64,000 nucleotides of DNA, from positions 18,118 to 82,117 of the forward strand of contig JAFCCU010000002.1 of the NCBI GenBank assembly GCA_017610005.1. The letters are read 5' to 3'. Below, piece after piece: positions 1 through 8,618 of the stretch. Under the pieces are notes generated by a model that was given only the letters and a program-made list of their open reading frames with translations, was not told the origin of the DNA and did no database searches. Within the stretch, counting starts at the first letter, position 1, and the number at the start of each line of letters is the position of its first letter. Origin of the DNA: Candidatus Woesearchaeota archaeon. Lineage in GTDB: Archaea > Nanobdellota > Nanobdellia > Woesearchaeales > B29-G15. Both the position numbers and the translations under genes were made by a program.

Positions 1-365
1 TTCACAGCAAAACAATCAACAGTAAAGTCTTGCAATTGCAAAATCTCAAGTTGAGTACATTGGCTTCTAACCCATTGATCTGAACATGGAAAGTTACAAT
101 CCATTTCAAGAGGTTCATTATATTGCATATCAAAAGGAAGCCCAATACATTTTGGTTCTCCATAAGTAAAGCCATAACAAGTGTCCGAATAACTATCTAC
201 AACAGTTGCTCTTGCAGTAAATCCAATACATGGTTTTTCCCAATAAAAAAGACCTCTTGAAGGACAAACTGGCCCACATAATGGTCCGCCTACACTTTTT
301 GGGAAAAAATATGCTCCAAGTGCCAAAATAAGAAGAATTACTAATATCACATGAACTAGTTTCAT
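1..365 (-). CDS. Secreted Cys-rich hypothetical protein (5' part only; the C-terminus runs off the window start)
   Basis: Minus-strand ATG near 363-365 followed by a hydrophobic signal peptide (MKLVHVILVILLILALGAYF). The open frame continues to position 1 with many Cys. It is absent from the ORF track because no stop lies inside the window. Confidence 0.45.
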   Translation of the reverse strand, partial: MKLVHVILVILLILALGAYFFPKSVGGPLCGPVCPSRGLFYWEKPCIGFTARATVVDSYSDTCYGFTYGEPKCIGLPFDMQYNEPLEMDCNFPCSDQWVRSQCTQLEILQLQDFTVDCFAV

Positions 366-437
366 TATCAATTATTCAATGTGCAAATATAAAAATCCTT
401 CGTTAGCTTTTTAATTGATGAATGATTCTTTTTTGGT

Positions 438-1064
438 ATGCACACTGCACTTTATTATAAATGGGAGGAGCAGGGTAGACCTGCTTTAACGAGGATAAAG
501 AAGAGGGATTCTATCCCTCCTCCAGAGAAACTAGAATTCTTAGCGATTTTACCCGAGAACCCAGCACAAGTTTTGGCTCAAATTTATCAAACTCAATTAG
601 TTTTCGCATATAGAGGGATAGCAAAGCCAATTGATTCTCGTTATCCTAATGGTGTTCAAGGTTTCGTGATTGAAGCAACAGATGAAGTTCCAGAAGAAGA
701 TGAAGCTCCAATAGAAAGAGGGTTTGATTTTCAAAGATGGAAAGCCCCAGTGGGGCTTCACAGGGAATTGGTAGACCATAGAAAGGCTTTAGGAGATGCG
801 GTAAGATTTTATCTATTTGATCCACTCTTGGCTGCTCGCTATGGAAATAAATCTTACTTGATTGTGAGAGACAAAGCGCTTAAAGAGTTAGAATGTAATG
901 ATCCTAATCTCCTTAATATACAAGACTTGATTGATTTGGAGTCTAAACTAGGGATTATCCTGAAAATTGCAGATGTTATGTTTGAAGGAAACGGGAAAGC
1001 GGAAATGAGGGCAATGGGGCTCTTCAATGTTAAAGACACTTCTAAACAATCAAGATACCTTTAA
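438..1064 (+). CDS. Hypothetical protein (208 aa), no recognisable domain
   Basis: Clean ATG-initiated ORF with codon usage consistent with its neighbours and no signal peptide. Confidence 0.5.
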   Translation: MHTALYYKWEEQGRPALTRIKKRDSIPPPEKLEFLAILPENPAQVLAQIYQTQLVFAYRGIAKPIDSRYPNGVQGFVIEATDEVPEEDEAPIERGFDFQRWKAPVGLHRELVDHRKALGDAVRFYLFDPLLAARYGNKSYLIVRDKALKELECNDPNLLNIQDLIDLESKLGIILKIADVMFEGNGKAEMRAMGLFNVKDTSKQSRYL

Positions 1065-1090
1065 CCCGAAAAGTTTAAATCCTCTTTTTT

Positions 1091-1345
1091 ATGAAGGATA
1101 CATTAATCCAGGGCTTGCACGCTGGTGGAAAAATAATCAAAGCTTATTTTGGTCAAACCTTAGAAACAGAAGTTAAACAATCTCAATCTCACATTGTTAC
1201 TAAGGCTGGGGCCAAGGTTACAGACTATAAGGGGGAAGAAATTAACTTTGAAGTCATTCCTGAAACTTACAAGAGAAATTTTGAGATTGCAATAGCTCCT
1301 CCATCGATACATCCAGAATTAATTGAGCTTATCCGAAAAGTTTAA
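1091..1345 (+). CDS. Small hypothetical protein (84 aa)
   Basis: ATG ORF in the same orientation, just upstream of the proteasome subunit. No motif recognised. Confidence 0.4.
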   Translation: MKDTLIQGLHAGGKIIKAYFGQTLETEVKQSQSHIVTKAGAKVTDYKGEEINFEVIPETYKRNFEIAIAPPSIHPELIELIRKV

Positions 1346-1412
1346 ATAAGACTGCTGATTCAATTGACTTAAGTTTTTCTGAAAATGATAAAGCTTCTGA
1401 GAGGGTAGTATA

Positions 1413-2057
1413 ATGGAAACCAAAGATAATGTACTAAAAACTGGCACCACTACTATGGGTTTAATGTGTAAAGATGGTGTAGTTCTAGCAGCTGACAAAA
1501 GAGCAACTGTTGGTAATTTTATCGCAGATTCAAAAGCACAGAAGATTCATGAGATCGCACCCCATATTGGAGTTACTATCGCAGGCAGTGTTTCAGATGC
1601 ACAATTAATTATTAAGATCTTAAAGGCAAATGTAAGATTAAAAGACATTGCCACTAGGAGAAGTTCAAGTGTAAGAGAAGTTGCAAATTTCCTTTCTGGA
1701 GTGATCTACTCAAGCATAAGAAAATTCTCTGCAATTCCTAGCATTTCTCATTTTATTATGGGTGGAAAAACATACGATGGATATGAGCTTTATGATATTT
1801 ATCCAGATGGTTCATTAACTGAAATTGAAACCTTTGTATCAAGTGGTTCTGGTTCAGTTATGGCACTTGGTGTTTTAGAAACTGATTACAAAGCAGGCAT
1901 CAGTATTGAGGAAGGAGTAACTCTAGCTAGAAAGGCATTAACGGCAGCACTTCGTCGTGATTCTGCATCTGGTTCAGGGGTAGAAATTATATCAATTACT
2001 AAAGATGGCATCAAAAAGATGTTTGAAAAGGATTTAAGTGTTGATATTAGAAAGTAA
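1413..2057 (+). CDS. psmB: Proteasome subunit beta
   Basis: Short propeptide followed by the G|TTT active-site threonine context (KTGTTTMGLMCKDGVVLAADKRAT). Length is 214 aa. The Ntn-hydrolase beta-subunit pattern is established. Confidence 0.9.
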   Translation: METKDNVLKTGTTTMGLMCKDGVVLAADKRATVGNFIADSKAQKIHEIAPHIGVTIAGSVSDAQLIIKILKANVRLKDIATRRSSSVREVANFLSGVIYSSIRKFSAIPSISHFIMGGKTYDGYELYDIYPDGSLTEIETFVSSGSGSVMALGVLETDYKAGISIEEGVTLARKALTAALRRDSASGSGVEIISITKDGIKKMFEKDLSVDIRK

Positions 2058-2059
2058 AG

Positions 2060-3967
2060 GTGTTTCTATTGCCAGATATAATAAAAGAAATACTCAAGCA
2101 TATACCGGATAAGAAAATCTCTGAAGCCGCATTTGAAGGAGCAAATATTGTGCTCTACACTAAAGATGCAAAGTTCTTTAGAGAGAATAGCAGTTTAATA
2201 AAAGAGATAGTTAATACTATCAAAAAAAGAATTGAATTAAGACCGGATCCTTCCATATCCATGGAGGAAGATGATGCTGAAAAAGAGATTAAAAAATTAA
2301 TCCCTAAAGAAGCAGGGATCACAAATATTATCTTTGATGGCCAACGTTCCAAGGTAATAATAGAGGCTGAAAAACCAGGACTTGCAATTGGAAAAAGAGG
2401 AGATATCTTAGCAACAATTCGAGAAAAATGTTTCTGGATCCCAGTTATTAGAAGAACTCCTCCGATTAAATCTGCATTAATTGAAAATATTAGGGGTGTA
2501 TTGTATGAGCATAGTGATTACAGAAGGAAATTTTTAGACAAAGTAGGCCATAGGATTTATGATGGCTGGATTCGAGAGAAGAAACAAGAATGGATAAGAG
2601 TTTCAGTACTTGGTGCAGGGAGGCAGGTAGGAAGATCATGCTTTTTATTACAAACTCCTGAAAGTAGGGTATTATTGGATTGTGGAATTGATGTTGCTTC
2701 TTCTGAAAAAGATGCTTACCCTTATCTTGATGCACCTGAATTTAATATTAAAGAACTTGATGCAGTAATCCTCTCTCATGCACATTTAGACCACTGTGGT
2801 TTTGTGCCTTATCTTTTTAAATTCGGTTTTAGGGGTCCAGTTTATTGCACTAAACCAACAAGAGATATTGCAGCATTATTGCTTTTAGATTATGTAAAAA
2901 TTATGCGTTCAGAAAATAAAAAACCAATATTTGACCAAGATGACATTAAAGAGATGGTTAAACATACTATAACTTTAGAATTTGAAGAAGTAACTGATAT
3001 CACACCTGATTTGAGAATTACATTATATAATGCTGGGCACACAATTGGTTCAGCAATGATTCACATACATGTGGGCAATGGTCTTCATAATATGATGTAT
3101 ACAGGAGACATGAAGTATGGAAAAACTGAATTATTGAACCCTGCTGCAACCTCTTTTCCAAGACTTGAAACTTGTATACTTGAAAGTACATACGGTGGAA
3201 GAGATGATATTTTACCAAGAAGGGCAGACTGTGAAAATGAATTAAAAGATATTATTGCAAAGACCATTAAAAGAAAAGGAAAGGTTTTAATTCCTGTTTT
3301 AGGTGTTGGACGAGCTCAGGAAGTGATGGTAGTTGTTGAAAAGATGTTAAAAGAGAAGAAGCTCAAAAAAGTTCCAGTTATAGTTGACGGAATGGTTTGG
3401 GATGTTACAGCAATTCATACAACCTATCCTGAATTTTTAAACAGAGAACTTAAAAAAATGATCTTTCATAAAGACACTAATCCTTTCTTATCTGAATGTT
3501 TCAGGAGAATTGGCTCTCAAAAAGAACGTAGTCAAGTTATCGAAGATGAAGGCCCTTGTATAATTATGGCAACCTCCGGAATGCTTGTTGGCGGCCCTTC
3601 TGTTGAATACTTAAAACGCCTTGGAGATAATCCTAAAAACTCCCTAGTCTTTGTATGTTATCAGGGAGCAGGCTCTTTAGGAAGAAGAATTCAGAGAGGA
3701 GAAAAAGAATTAATTATGGCAACAAATGGAACCAAGCAAGAGATATTGCATTTGAAAATGGAGCACCACACTATCTCTGGTTTAACTGGACACTCTGGAA
3801 GAAATGAATTAATGAACTTTATCCAAAACTGTAGTCCTAGACCTAATAAGGTAATTTTTAATCACGGTGAAAATTCAAAAGTTTTAAACTTAACAAGCTC
3901 CATGCATAAACGCTTTAGAATTGAAACAATCGCACCAAGAAATCTTGAATCTGTTAGAGTTAAGTAG
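2060..3967 (+). CDS. fttA: Archaeal CPSF1 homolog (aCPSF1/FttA-type KH + metallo-beta-lactamase + beta-CASP ribonuclease)
   Basis: 635 aa with an MBL motif HAHLDHCG and downstream beta-CASP motifs. N-terminal KH-like region. GTG start 1 nt after the proteasome stop, giving the typical psmB-aCPSF1 neighbourhood. Confidence 0.9.
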   Translation: MFLLPDIIKEILKHIPDKKISEAAFEGANIVLYTKDAKFFRENSSLIKEIVNTIKKRIELRPDPSISMEEDDAEKEIKKLIPKEAGITNIIFDGQRSKVIIEAEKPGLAIGKRGDILATIREKCFWIPVIRRTPPIKSALIENIRGVLYEHSDYRRKFLDKVGHRIYDGWIREKKQEWIRVSVLGAGRQVGRSCFLLQTPESRVLLDCGIDVASSEKDAYPYLDAPEFNIKELDAVILSHAHLDHCGFVPYLFKFGFRGPVYCTKPTRDIAALLLLDYVKIMRSENKKPIFDQDDIKEMVKHTITLEFEEVTDITPDLRITLYNAGHTIGSAMIHIHVGNGLHNMMYTGDMKYGKTELLNPAATSFPRLETCILESTYGGRDDILPRRADCENELKDIIAKTIKRKGKVLIPVLGVGRAQEVMVVVEKMLKEKKLKKVPVIVDGMVWDVTAIHTTYPEFLNRELKKMIFHKDTNPFLSECFRRIGSQKERSQVIEDEGPCIIMATSGMLVGGPSVEYLKRLGDNPKNSLVFVCYQGAGSLGRRIQRGEKELIMATNGTKQEILHLKMEHHTISGLTGHSGRNELMNFIQNCSPRPNKVIFNHGENSKVLNLTSSMHKRFRIETIAPRNLESVRVK

Positions 3968-4000
3968 TCTTCAGACTTCTTACTTCTTACTTCAGACTGC
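3965..4000. repeat. Octamer repeat family element (CTTCAGAC / GTCTGAAG units)
   Basis: agtcttcagacttcttacttcttacttcagactg immediately after the aCPSF1 stop. Part of the dispersed family listed in the findings. Confidence 0.5.
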
Positions 4001-4058
4001 TAACTGTTTGATCGCAAGTTTTATATATTTGTATAGTAAAATAGTGTCTGAGGGAAAA

Positions 4059-5507
4059 ATGTCAAAAAAGGTGTTTTTAGTATTACTAATACTGCTATGT
4101 GCTAGTTTTACATATGCAGAAGAATCATTAGATGTTCAAATTGAATTGATTGCAAATGACTTTTCACTTGTACAAGGCACTAATCAATTTGCAGAGTATG
4201 GGATAAAACTTACTAATCCTTATTCTTATGAAGATACCTTTGAATTTCGTGTAAAAGATTTTTCTTGGAATATTTGGACTAATCCCTTATCTGATTATGT
4301 TGGAGGGGGAGTGGATGTTCAACCAGGCGAAACTTATGAAGTCCAGCTTTTTATCGCCCCCACAGGAACTAAAAATATTGGAAGATATTCTATTCCTTTA
4401 ACAATCACAACAAGGTCTAATGGGGAAAAAATCCAAAAGAATCTTGTTGTAGATATTGTTTCAGGAGTCCCAACAATAAAAGAATATGAATTGGGGATTT
4501 TAGTTAATGTTGATCTACCTTCAGTTATCGATCCCCGTGGTAAAACCACCCTGGTTGTTGATGTAGAAAATGTATTTCCTCGAAATATTACTAACATAAA
4601 GTTAGAATTGATTTCAGAATTAATCAGGGGCAGGTCAAACTTTTCACTTGGAAGACTGGGTGAAGAAACATTAGAGTTTCCAATCGAATTAAATGATTAC
4701 CAAAGCCCTCTTCAAGACAAACTTGAATTAAGATTCTCTAAAGATGATGAAGTCTTTAAATCCGTTAAGGTGAATTATGCTGTTTTAAGTTACTCGATTG
4801 TAAATACTGTTTCTGATGAAACCTATGGCAAATTTTTAAAATCAACAAGAGTAATTGAAGTTCATAATGATGGAAATATCGCAAAAAGTCATCAGATTAG
4901 AATACCTTTAAAATTTGGAAGTGGAATTTTTACCAGGACAGATCCAAAAAACTATCTTGTAAAAGATGAAGAAGGCACATTTATGGTTTGGGATTTAAAT
5001 CTTGATAGTCAAGCCAAGTCAACAGTCACAATTAATCAAAATTATCAAGTATTATTTTGGTTTGGCGTTGTTATTATTTTGATAGGATTATTTTATTGGT
5101 TTATGCGTTCACCTGTGTTAATTGCAAAAGAGGCAAAAGTAGTTGAGATTAGAGATGGTGCAGTATCACAGTTGAAGGTATTGCTTCATTTAAGAAATAG
5201 AACTAACAAACCAATTACGGCAATTAAAATTGCAGATCGTGTCCCAGATATTGCACAAATTCTAGAAGAGTTTGACGTTGGTACAATTAGACCTGAAAAA
5301 ATTGTTAGAGACTCCAAAGGAGGTACTTTAATTAAATGGTCCATTTTGAAGCTTGATCCATATGAAGAACGAATTATCAGCTATAAATTAAGATCCAAAC
5401 TTCAAGTTCTTGGAAGCTTTGTCTTGCCTAGCGCCCTTGTTAAATTCAAGAGCCCCGGCGGTAGCAATCTAAAGTCTAAGAGTAAAATGGGGAAAATTAA
5501 TCAGTAA
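4059..5507 (+). CDS. Membrane protein with N-terminal signal peptide, large extracytoplasmic region, one internal TM helix and a C-terminal cytoplasmic domain
   Basis: The ORF-track ORF starts at 3921 but overlaps the aCPSF1 3' end. The in-frame ATG at 4059 (MSKKVFLVLLILLCASFTYA) gives a signal peptide. TM segment VLFWFGVVIILIGLFYWFM. Confidence 0.6.
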   Translation: MSKKVFLVLLILLCASFTYAEESLDVQIELIANDFSLVQGTNQFAEYGIKLTNPYSYEDTFEFRVKDFSWNIWTNPLSDYVGGGVDVQPGETYEVQLFIAPTGTKNIGRYSIPLTITTRSNGEKIQKNLVVDIVSGVPTIKEYELGILVNVDLPSVIDPRGKTTLVVDVENVFPRNITNIKLELISELIRGRSNFSLGRLGEETLEFPIELNDYQSPLQDKLELRFSKDDEVFKSVKVNYAVLSYSIVNTVSDETYGKFLKSTRVIEVHNDGNIAKSHQIRIPLKFGSGIFTRTDPKNYLVKDEEGTFMVWDLNLDSQAKSTVTINQNYQVLFWFGVVIILIGLFYWFMRSPVLIAKEAKVVEIRDGAVSQLKVLLHLRNRTNKPITAIKIADRVPDIAQILEEFDVGTIRPEKIVRDSKGGTLIKWSILKLDPYEERIISYKLRSKLQVLGSFVLPSALVKFKSPGGSNLKSKSKMGKINQ

Positions 5508-5526
5508 GAAGTCTGGAGTCTAAAGG
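5502..5526. repeat. Octamer repeat family element
   Basis: cagtaagaagtctggagtctaaagg overlapping and following the stop of the 4059..5507 gene. Confidence 0.4.
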
Positions 5527-5739
5527 GTATGGCTCAAAATTCAGGGGGGTTTGTAGTATTCAGTTTTTTAAATTTCTTTAGAGGGTTGTTAATTTTTTTG
5601 AAGATGTCATAATTGGGCCTGATTTAGAAAAACTCCAAAAAAGATTGTAAAAAATTAAAAAAATTAATTAAGGATGGCATAATACTTATTAATGAGAGAA
5701 CCCATTATGGATGATAAGTGCATAATAAAAATAAATTAA

Positions 5740-7551
5740 ATGGGTGAGATTATTAGGCAAAGATCTTGGTTAACAATTATTGTATCAATTTTGTTATTAT
5801 CTGTTCTTCTTTATTTGATTATGTTAAATGGCTATAAAGATAACAGAATTGCAGATGCAAAAGTAATATTCTGTGAGGTGATTTTAACACCTGCAACTGA
5901 AAGAGTGTGCGAAGTTGTAACAGGAAGTAATTCTTTGCTCATAAAAGGGAATGTGCTTGACCCAGATATAATTTATCATGGGGGAGAAGTTCTTGTTGAT
6001 GAAACTGGGTTAATTAGGTATGTTGGATGTAGTGAAAACAGACCAGAAGAGCTAGATGCTATCGCATTAGGGGCAACAAAAATTGAATGTGCAGAAGGTG
6101 TTGTTTCTCCAGGGCTTATTAATTCCCATGATCATTTGAATTATAATAATTACCCCTTAGCTGAAACTGGCAAGCGATATGACCATCGCAATGATTGGAG
6201 GTCAAGTTTATCTCCTTTCCCCTATAATTCTTCTCAAGAGAAAGTAACTTGGGCAGAGATGAGACAAACAATGGTGGGCACCACTTCTATTGTAGGCTCT
6301 GGGAATACATTTGGTTTTGTTCGTAACCTTGATTCTGAAAATGAACACTGGGAGATCGTTAACCAAACTGAAATAGTCTCAGATACATTCCCTCTTGAAT
6401 CTCCTGAAGATTATATTCAAAATGATAGGGAATGTTCCCTTTACTCCAAAAAGAATAGATTGAATCCTTATCCTGGGGTTTATGTGCCCCATGTTGCAGA
6501 AGGGGTTAATGAGGCCGCTCATAATGAATTTATTTGTTTAAGTAAGGAAATTGAGAGGAATTTCGCAATTGTTCATGGAATTGCTTTAGATGCTTATGAT
6601 GGAAAACTCATTGCAGAAAGGGGAGCTTCAATAATTTGGTCACCTAGGTCCAACGTAGCCCTGTATGGCAATACTGCCCCGGTTAAAATGCTAAAAAATC
6701 AAGGGGTATTAATTTCATTAAGCACCGATTGGACTCCCACTGGTTCAATGAACCTTGGGCGGGAACTTTTGTGTGCAGATGAATTGAATAAAAAATATTT
6801 TGGCAATATATTTAATGATAGGGAATTGTGGTTAATGGTTACTTATAATCCTGCGGTAGCATTACAAATTGATGATAAACTTGGATCATTAAAACCAGGC
6901 CTTTTTGGAGATATTGTAATTTATGATGGGAGGGGAAAAGATAATCCTTACCGTGCAGTTATAGAAGCGAATGTAAAAAGCACAGTTCTTGTTCTACAAA
7001 GATCATTATTTTCTCAAGGAAATTCTGTGTATGCTGGGAGTATTGCACTTTATGGGGATTCAGAAATATTAAAGGCATTGCCAGAACATGAGATTCAGGC
7101 GCCCCGTTTTGGATTTAGCAAACCCCTTTGCGAGCTAATTTCTGTTTGTGGTGTTGAAAAGACAATATGCCCCGTAAGGGAAACTTGGTGGACTATTTTA
7201 GAAGGTCATACTCCTCTTTCTATGGATGATTTATACAAAAAGAACCAAGATTCTTATCCTTTGTTCTTTTGTGGGGAACCCATTGATGAACCTACATGTA
7301 CTCCTTTTAGGTCAGGAGAATACACTGGAATTATTGCTAATAATGATCTTGATGGAGATGGGATACTTAATATTAATGATAACTGCAAAAATATCTTTAA
7401 TCCCATAAAACTAATGGATGGTAACATCCAACCAGATGCAGATAATGATGGAATTGGAGATGCGTGTGATAGATGCCCATTGGATGCAGGCAAAATGTGT
7501 AATTCATTTAATCCCTACACAAAAGAGATAATTAATATCTTTGATGGATAA
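5740..7551 (+). CDS. Membrane-anchored amidohydrolase-superfamily protein with C-terminal thrombospondin type-3-like Ca-binding repeats
   Basis: N-terminal TM (LTIIVSILLLSVLLYLIMLNG). Metal-binding HxH motif GLINSHDHLNYNNYP typical of amidohydrolases. C-terminal DxDxDGxxDxxDNC repeats (NNDLDGDGILNINDNC, DADNDGIGDACDRCPLD). Confidence 0.7.
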   Translation: MGEIIRQRSWLTIIVSILLLSVLLYLIMLNGYKDNRIADAKVIFCEVILTPATERVCEVVTGSNSLLIKGNVLDPDIIYHGGEVLVDETGLIRYVGCSENRPEELDAIALGATKIECAEGVVSPGLINSHDHLNYNNYPLAETGKRYDHRNDWRSSLSPFPYNSSQEKVTWAEMRQTMVGTTSIVGSGNTFGFVRNLDSENEHWEIVNQTEIVSDTFPLESPEDYIQNDRECSLYSKKNRLNPYPGVYVPHVAEGVNEAAHNEFICLSKEIERNFAIVHGIALDAYDGKLIAERGASIIWSPRSNVALYGNTAPVKMLKNQGVLISLSTDWTPTGSMNLGRELLCADELNKKYFGNIFNDRELWLMVTYNPAVALQIDDKLGSLKPGLFGDIVIYDGRGKDNPYRAVIEANVKSTVLVLQRSLFSQGNSVYAGSIALYGDSEILKALPEHEIQAPRFGFSKPLCELISVCGVEKTICPVRETWWTILEGHTPLSMDDLYKKNQDSYPLFFCGEPIDEPTCTPFRSGEYTGIIANNDLDGDGILNINDNCKNIFNPIKLMDGNIQPDADNDGIGDACDRCPLDAGKMCNSFNPYTKEIINIFDG

Positions 7552-7576
7552 AATTTTTTCTTATTTCCCCCACAAT

Positions 7577-7586
7577 CTTTATAAAT
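7577..7586 (+). promoter_or_regulatory. Putative archaeal TATA box for tRNA-Tyr
   Basis: ctttataaat centred ~27 nt upstream of the tRNA 5' end, the expected archaeal spacing. Confidence 0.4.
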
Positions 7587-7609
7587 CGGGTAATTTTTCA
7601 CAGTCTAAT

Positions 7610-7733
7610 CCTCGCCTAGCTCAATGGTAGAGCGTTCGGCTGTAGATCGTTGCTCGACTGTGTTATGATAACATCGAATGATAAGCAGCCAGCCGTTACC
7701 GAAAGGTTCCTGGTTCAAGTCCGGGGGCGGGGA
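7610..7733 (+). tRNA. tRNA-Tyr (anticodon GTA) with a ~52-nt intron at the canonical 37/38 position
   Basis: Hand-folded. Acceptor CCTCGCC/GGCGGGG plus discriminator A. D-arm GCTC-AATGGTA-GAGC. Anticodon stem TTCGG/CCGAA with loop CTGTAGA. Intron ~7647-7698. T-arm CCTGG-TTCAAGT-CCGGG. Short variable loop, i.e. archaeal/eukaryal class I Tyr. Confidence 0.75.
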
Positions 7734-7793
7734 CTCATTTTCTCAGTCTGAAGATAATAGTCTGGAGTACGGAGTCTGCAGTCTGGAGTAAAT
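7704..7793 (+). repeat. Direct repeat copy 1 (tRNA-Tyr 3' third plus ~55 nt downstream)
   Basis: aggttcctggttcaagtccgggggcggggactcattttctcagtctgaagataatagtctggagtacggagtctgcag is repeated almost exactly at 7878..7957. Confidence 0.8.
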
Positions 7794-7877
7794 ATATTTC
7801 CGCCATTCTCTTTAGAGGGTTAATTCGTAGAATTTACCCGAAAGTTTGCTCCTCTGCTTTACAAAGCAGAGACTGTA

Positions 7878-7957
7878 AAGGTTCCTGGTTCAAGTCCGGG
7901 GGCGGGGACTCATTTTCTCAGTCTGAAGATAATAGTCTGGAGTACGGAGTCTGCAGT
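7878..7957 (+). repeat. Direct repeat copy 2 (duplicate of the tRNA-Tyr 3' third plus downstream sequence)
   Basis: Same ~80-nt sequence as 7704..7793. It is preceded by two strong hairpins (gggttaattc-gta-gaatttaccc and ctctgcttt-aca-aagcagag). Confidence 0.8.
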
Positions 7958-8110
7958 AAATATGTATTGAAAACTGAATTTTTCTCTCGTCTAAGCTCCC
8001 TACAGAAAGATTTATAAACAACTCCCAAATCACACAGTAGAGATGGGGCATTTTATCTTCTGAGAGCAATAACAAGTTGTTATAGTTATTAGTAGGTCAA
8101 ATGCAAACAC

Positions 8111-8248
8111 GCCCTGGTGGTGTAGTCGGACTATCATAAAGCCCTGTCGAGTTATTGGAAATGAAAATTTTCAAACACAGCAAGGCTTTGACCCGGGTTC
8201 GAATGGTTGAGTGTGAAAGCACCAACACAGAAAATCCCGGCCGGGGCG
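8111..8248 (+). tRNA. tRNA-Asp (anticodon GTC) with two introns: canonical (after the anticodon loop) and non-canonical (just after the T-loop)
   Basis: Acceptor GCCCTGG/CCGGGGC plus discriminator G. D-arm GTGTAGTCGGACTATCAT, similar to known archaeal tRNA-Asp. Anticodon stem AAGCC/GGCTT with loop CTGTCGA. Intron 1 ~8151-8183. T-stem CCGGG, loop TTCGAAT, then a 31-nt insertion (8205-8235) before the T-stem 3' strand CCCGG. Confidence 0.65.
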
Positions 8249-8264
8249 TATCCCATAATATTTT

Positions 8265-8360
8265 GGGTCGGTAGCTCAGGCTGGTAGAGCGCTTGGCTTT
8301 TAACCAAGCGGTCGCGAGTTCGAATGGTTTTAAACAACCTAGAAAATCTCGTCCGACCCA
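8265..8360 (+). tRNA. tRNA-Lys (anticodon TTT) with a 22-nt non-canonical intron just after the T-loop
   Basis: Acceptor GGGTCGG/CCGACCC plus discriminator A. D-arm GCTC-AGGCTGGTA-GAGC. Anticodon arm CTTGG-CTTTTAA-CCAAG. T-stem GCGAG, loop TTCGAAT, insertion 8326-8347, T-stem 3' CTCGT. Confidence 0.7.
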
Positions 8361-8381
8361 ATAAACGGAGTGGGCCAAAAG

Positions 8382-8618
8382 ATGGAATTTGATATAACGA
8401 AACATTCACTTACCCCCAAGCACACTAAACTTGATTCTAAAGAGGAAGAAAAGTTCTTGGAAGATACAAAATATAGAAAAGTTCACTTGCCAAAGGTCTT
8501 TTTAGAGGATCCCAGCATTCAGCATTTAAAACCTGTTGTGGGAGATATTATAAAGATTGAGAGAAAATCTCCAACGGCAGGTGTAGCTTATTTTTACAGG
8601 GTGGTCTCAGATGAGTAA
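8382..8618 (+). CDS. rpoH: DNA-directed RNA polymerase subunit H (Rpb5 homolog)
   Basis: ~78 aa with the characteristic ITKHSLTPKH ... IIKIERKSPTAG ... YFYRVV pattern. ATG at 8382; the ORF-track GTG at 8370 lies only 10 nt after tRNA-Lys. Its stop overlaps the rpoB'' start (ATGAGTAA). Confidence 0.85.
   Translation: MEFDITKHSLTPKHTKLDSKEEEKFLEDTKYRKVHLPKVFLEDPSIQHLKPVVGDIIKIERKSPTAGVAYFYRVVSDE

Noticed and set aside
3921-4058. N-terminal extensions of ORF-track ORFs (3921-4058, 32337-32465, 50753-50863, 54460-54633, 61665-61847, 40419-40460)
   Set aside because: Each extension overlaps the upstream gene or a repeat and lacks a signal or conserved N-terminus. Internal in-frame ATGs give canonical N-termini (signal peptides, the NTP-transferase G-rich loop, the ABCE1 Fe-S domain).
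7890-8409. Minus-strand ORFs of 61, 102 and 85 aa in the ORF track
   Set aside because: They overlap the tRNA-Asp/tRNA-Lys genes and the tRNA-Tyr duplication, so they are spurious reading frames through structured RNA genes.
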